NCBI RefSeq assembly: GCF_001949145.1
Contig: NW_019091356.1
Location: 4,694,934-4,758,933, forward strand
Direction of reading: 5' to 3'
Length of the DNA stretch: 64,000 bases
Source: Acanthaster planci
Lineage: Eukaryota
In this document: positions 63,921-64,000 of the stretch, one piece after another
Layout of the letters: every line of letters starts with the position of its first letter
Numbering within the stretch: the stretch's first letter is position 1
Notes under the pieces: model-generated
Database searches by the model: none
What the model was told of the DNA's origin: nothing
Seen by the model: only the letters and a program-made list of their open reading frames with translations
Program-made: the position numbers and the translations under genes

Positions 63921-64000
63921 TGCTGATATGTATAGTAACATGAATAACCGGTAACCTGTTGAGCGTATTTTATGTACACGGGGAAAATGTTTGTACACAA

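Overview
Eukaryotic, intron-rich, AT-rich metazoan DNA. The gene set and repeats suggest a marine invertebrate deuterostome such as an echinoderm, but this is inference only. There are four N-gaps. I assembled seven protein-coding genes by hand from splice sites and checked reading-frame phase: an SLC16/MCT transporter (-), GCAT (+), a 28-exon integrin alpha with one GC-AG intron (+), a C1GALT1-like galactosyltransferase (+), a single-coding-exon secreted, probably GPI-anchored NtA/NTR-like protein (+), ABCF2 (+), and an unrecognised ~693-aa protein (-). Non-coding DNA holds many mobile elements: a 5'-truncated Penelope-like retroelement ending in a minimal hammerhead ribozyme, an AcademH-like element with a RecQ-helicase fragment and a perfect 9-bp TSD inside a nest of three elements, tRNA-derived SINEs and several MITE families. 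I found no CRISPR array, rRNA or intact tRNA gene. I cannot show a wholly new system; the best leads are the orphan gene, the NtA-like protein, the Academ/RecQ element and the ribozyme.
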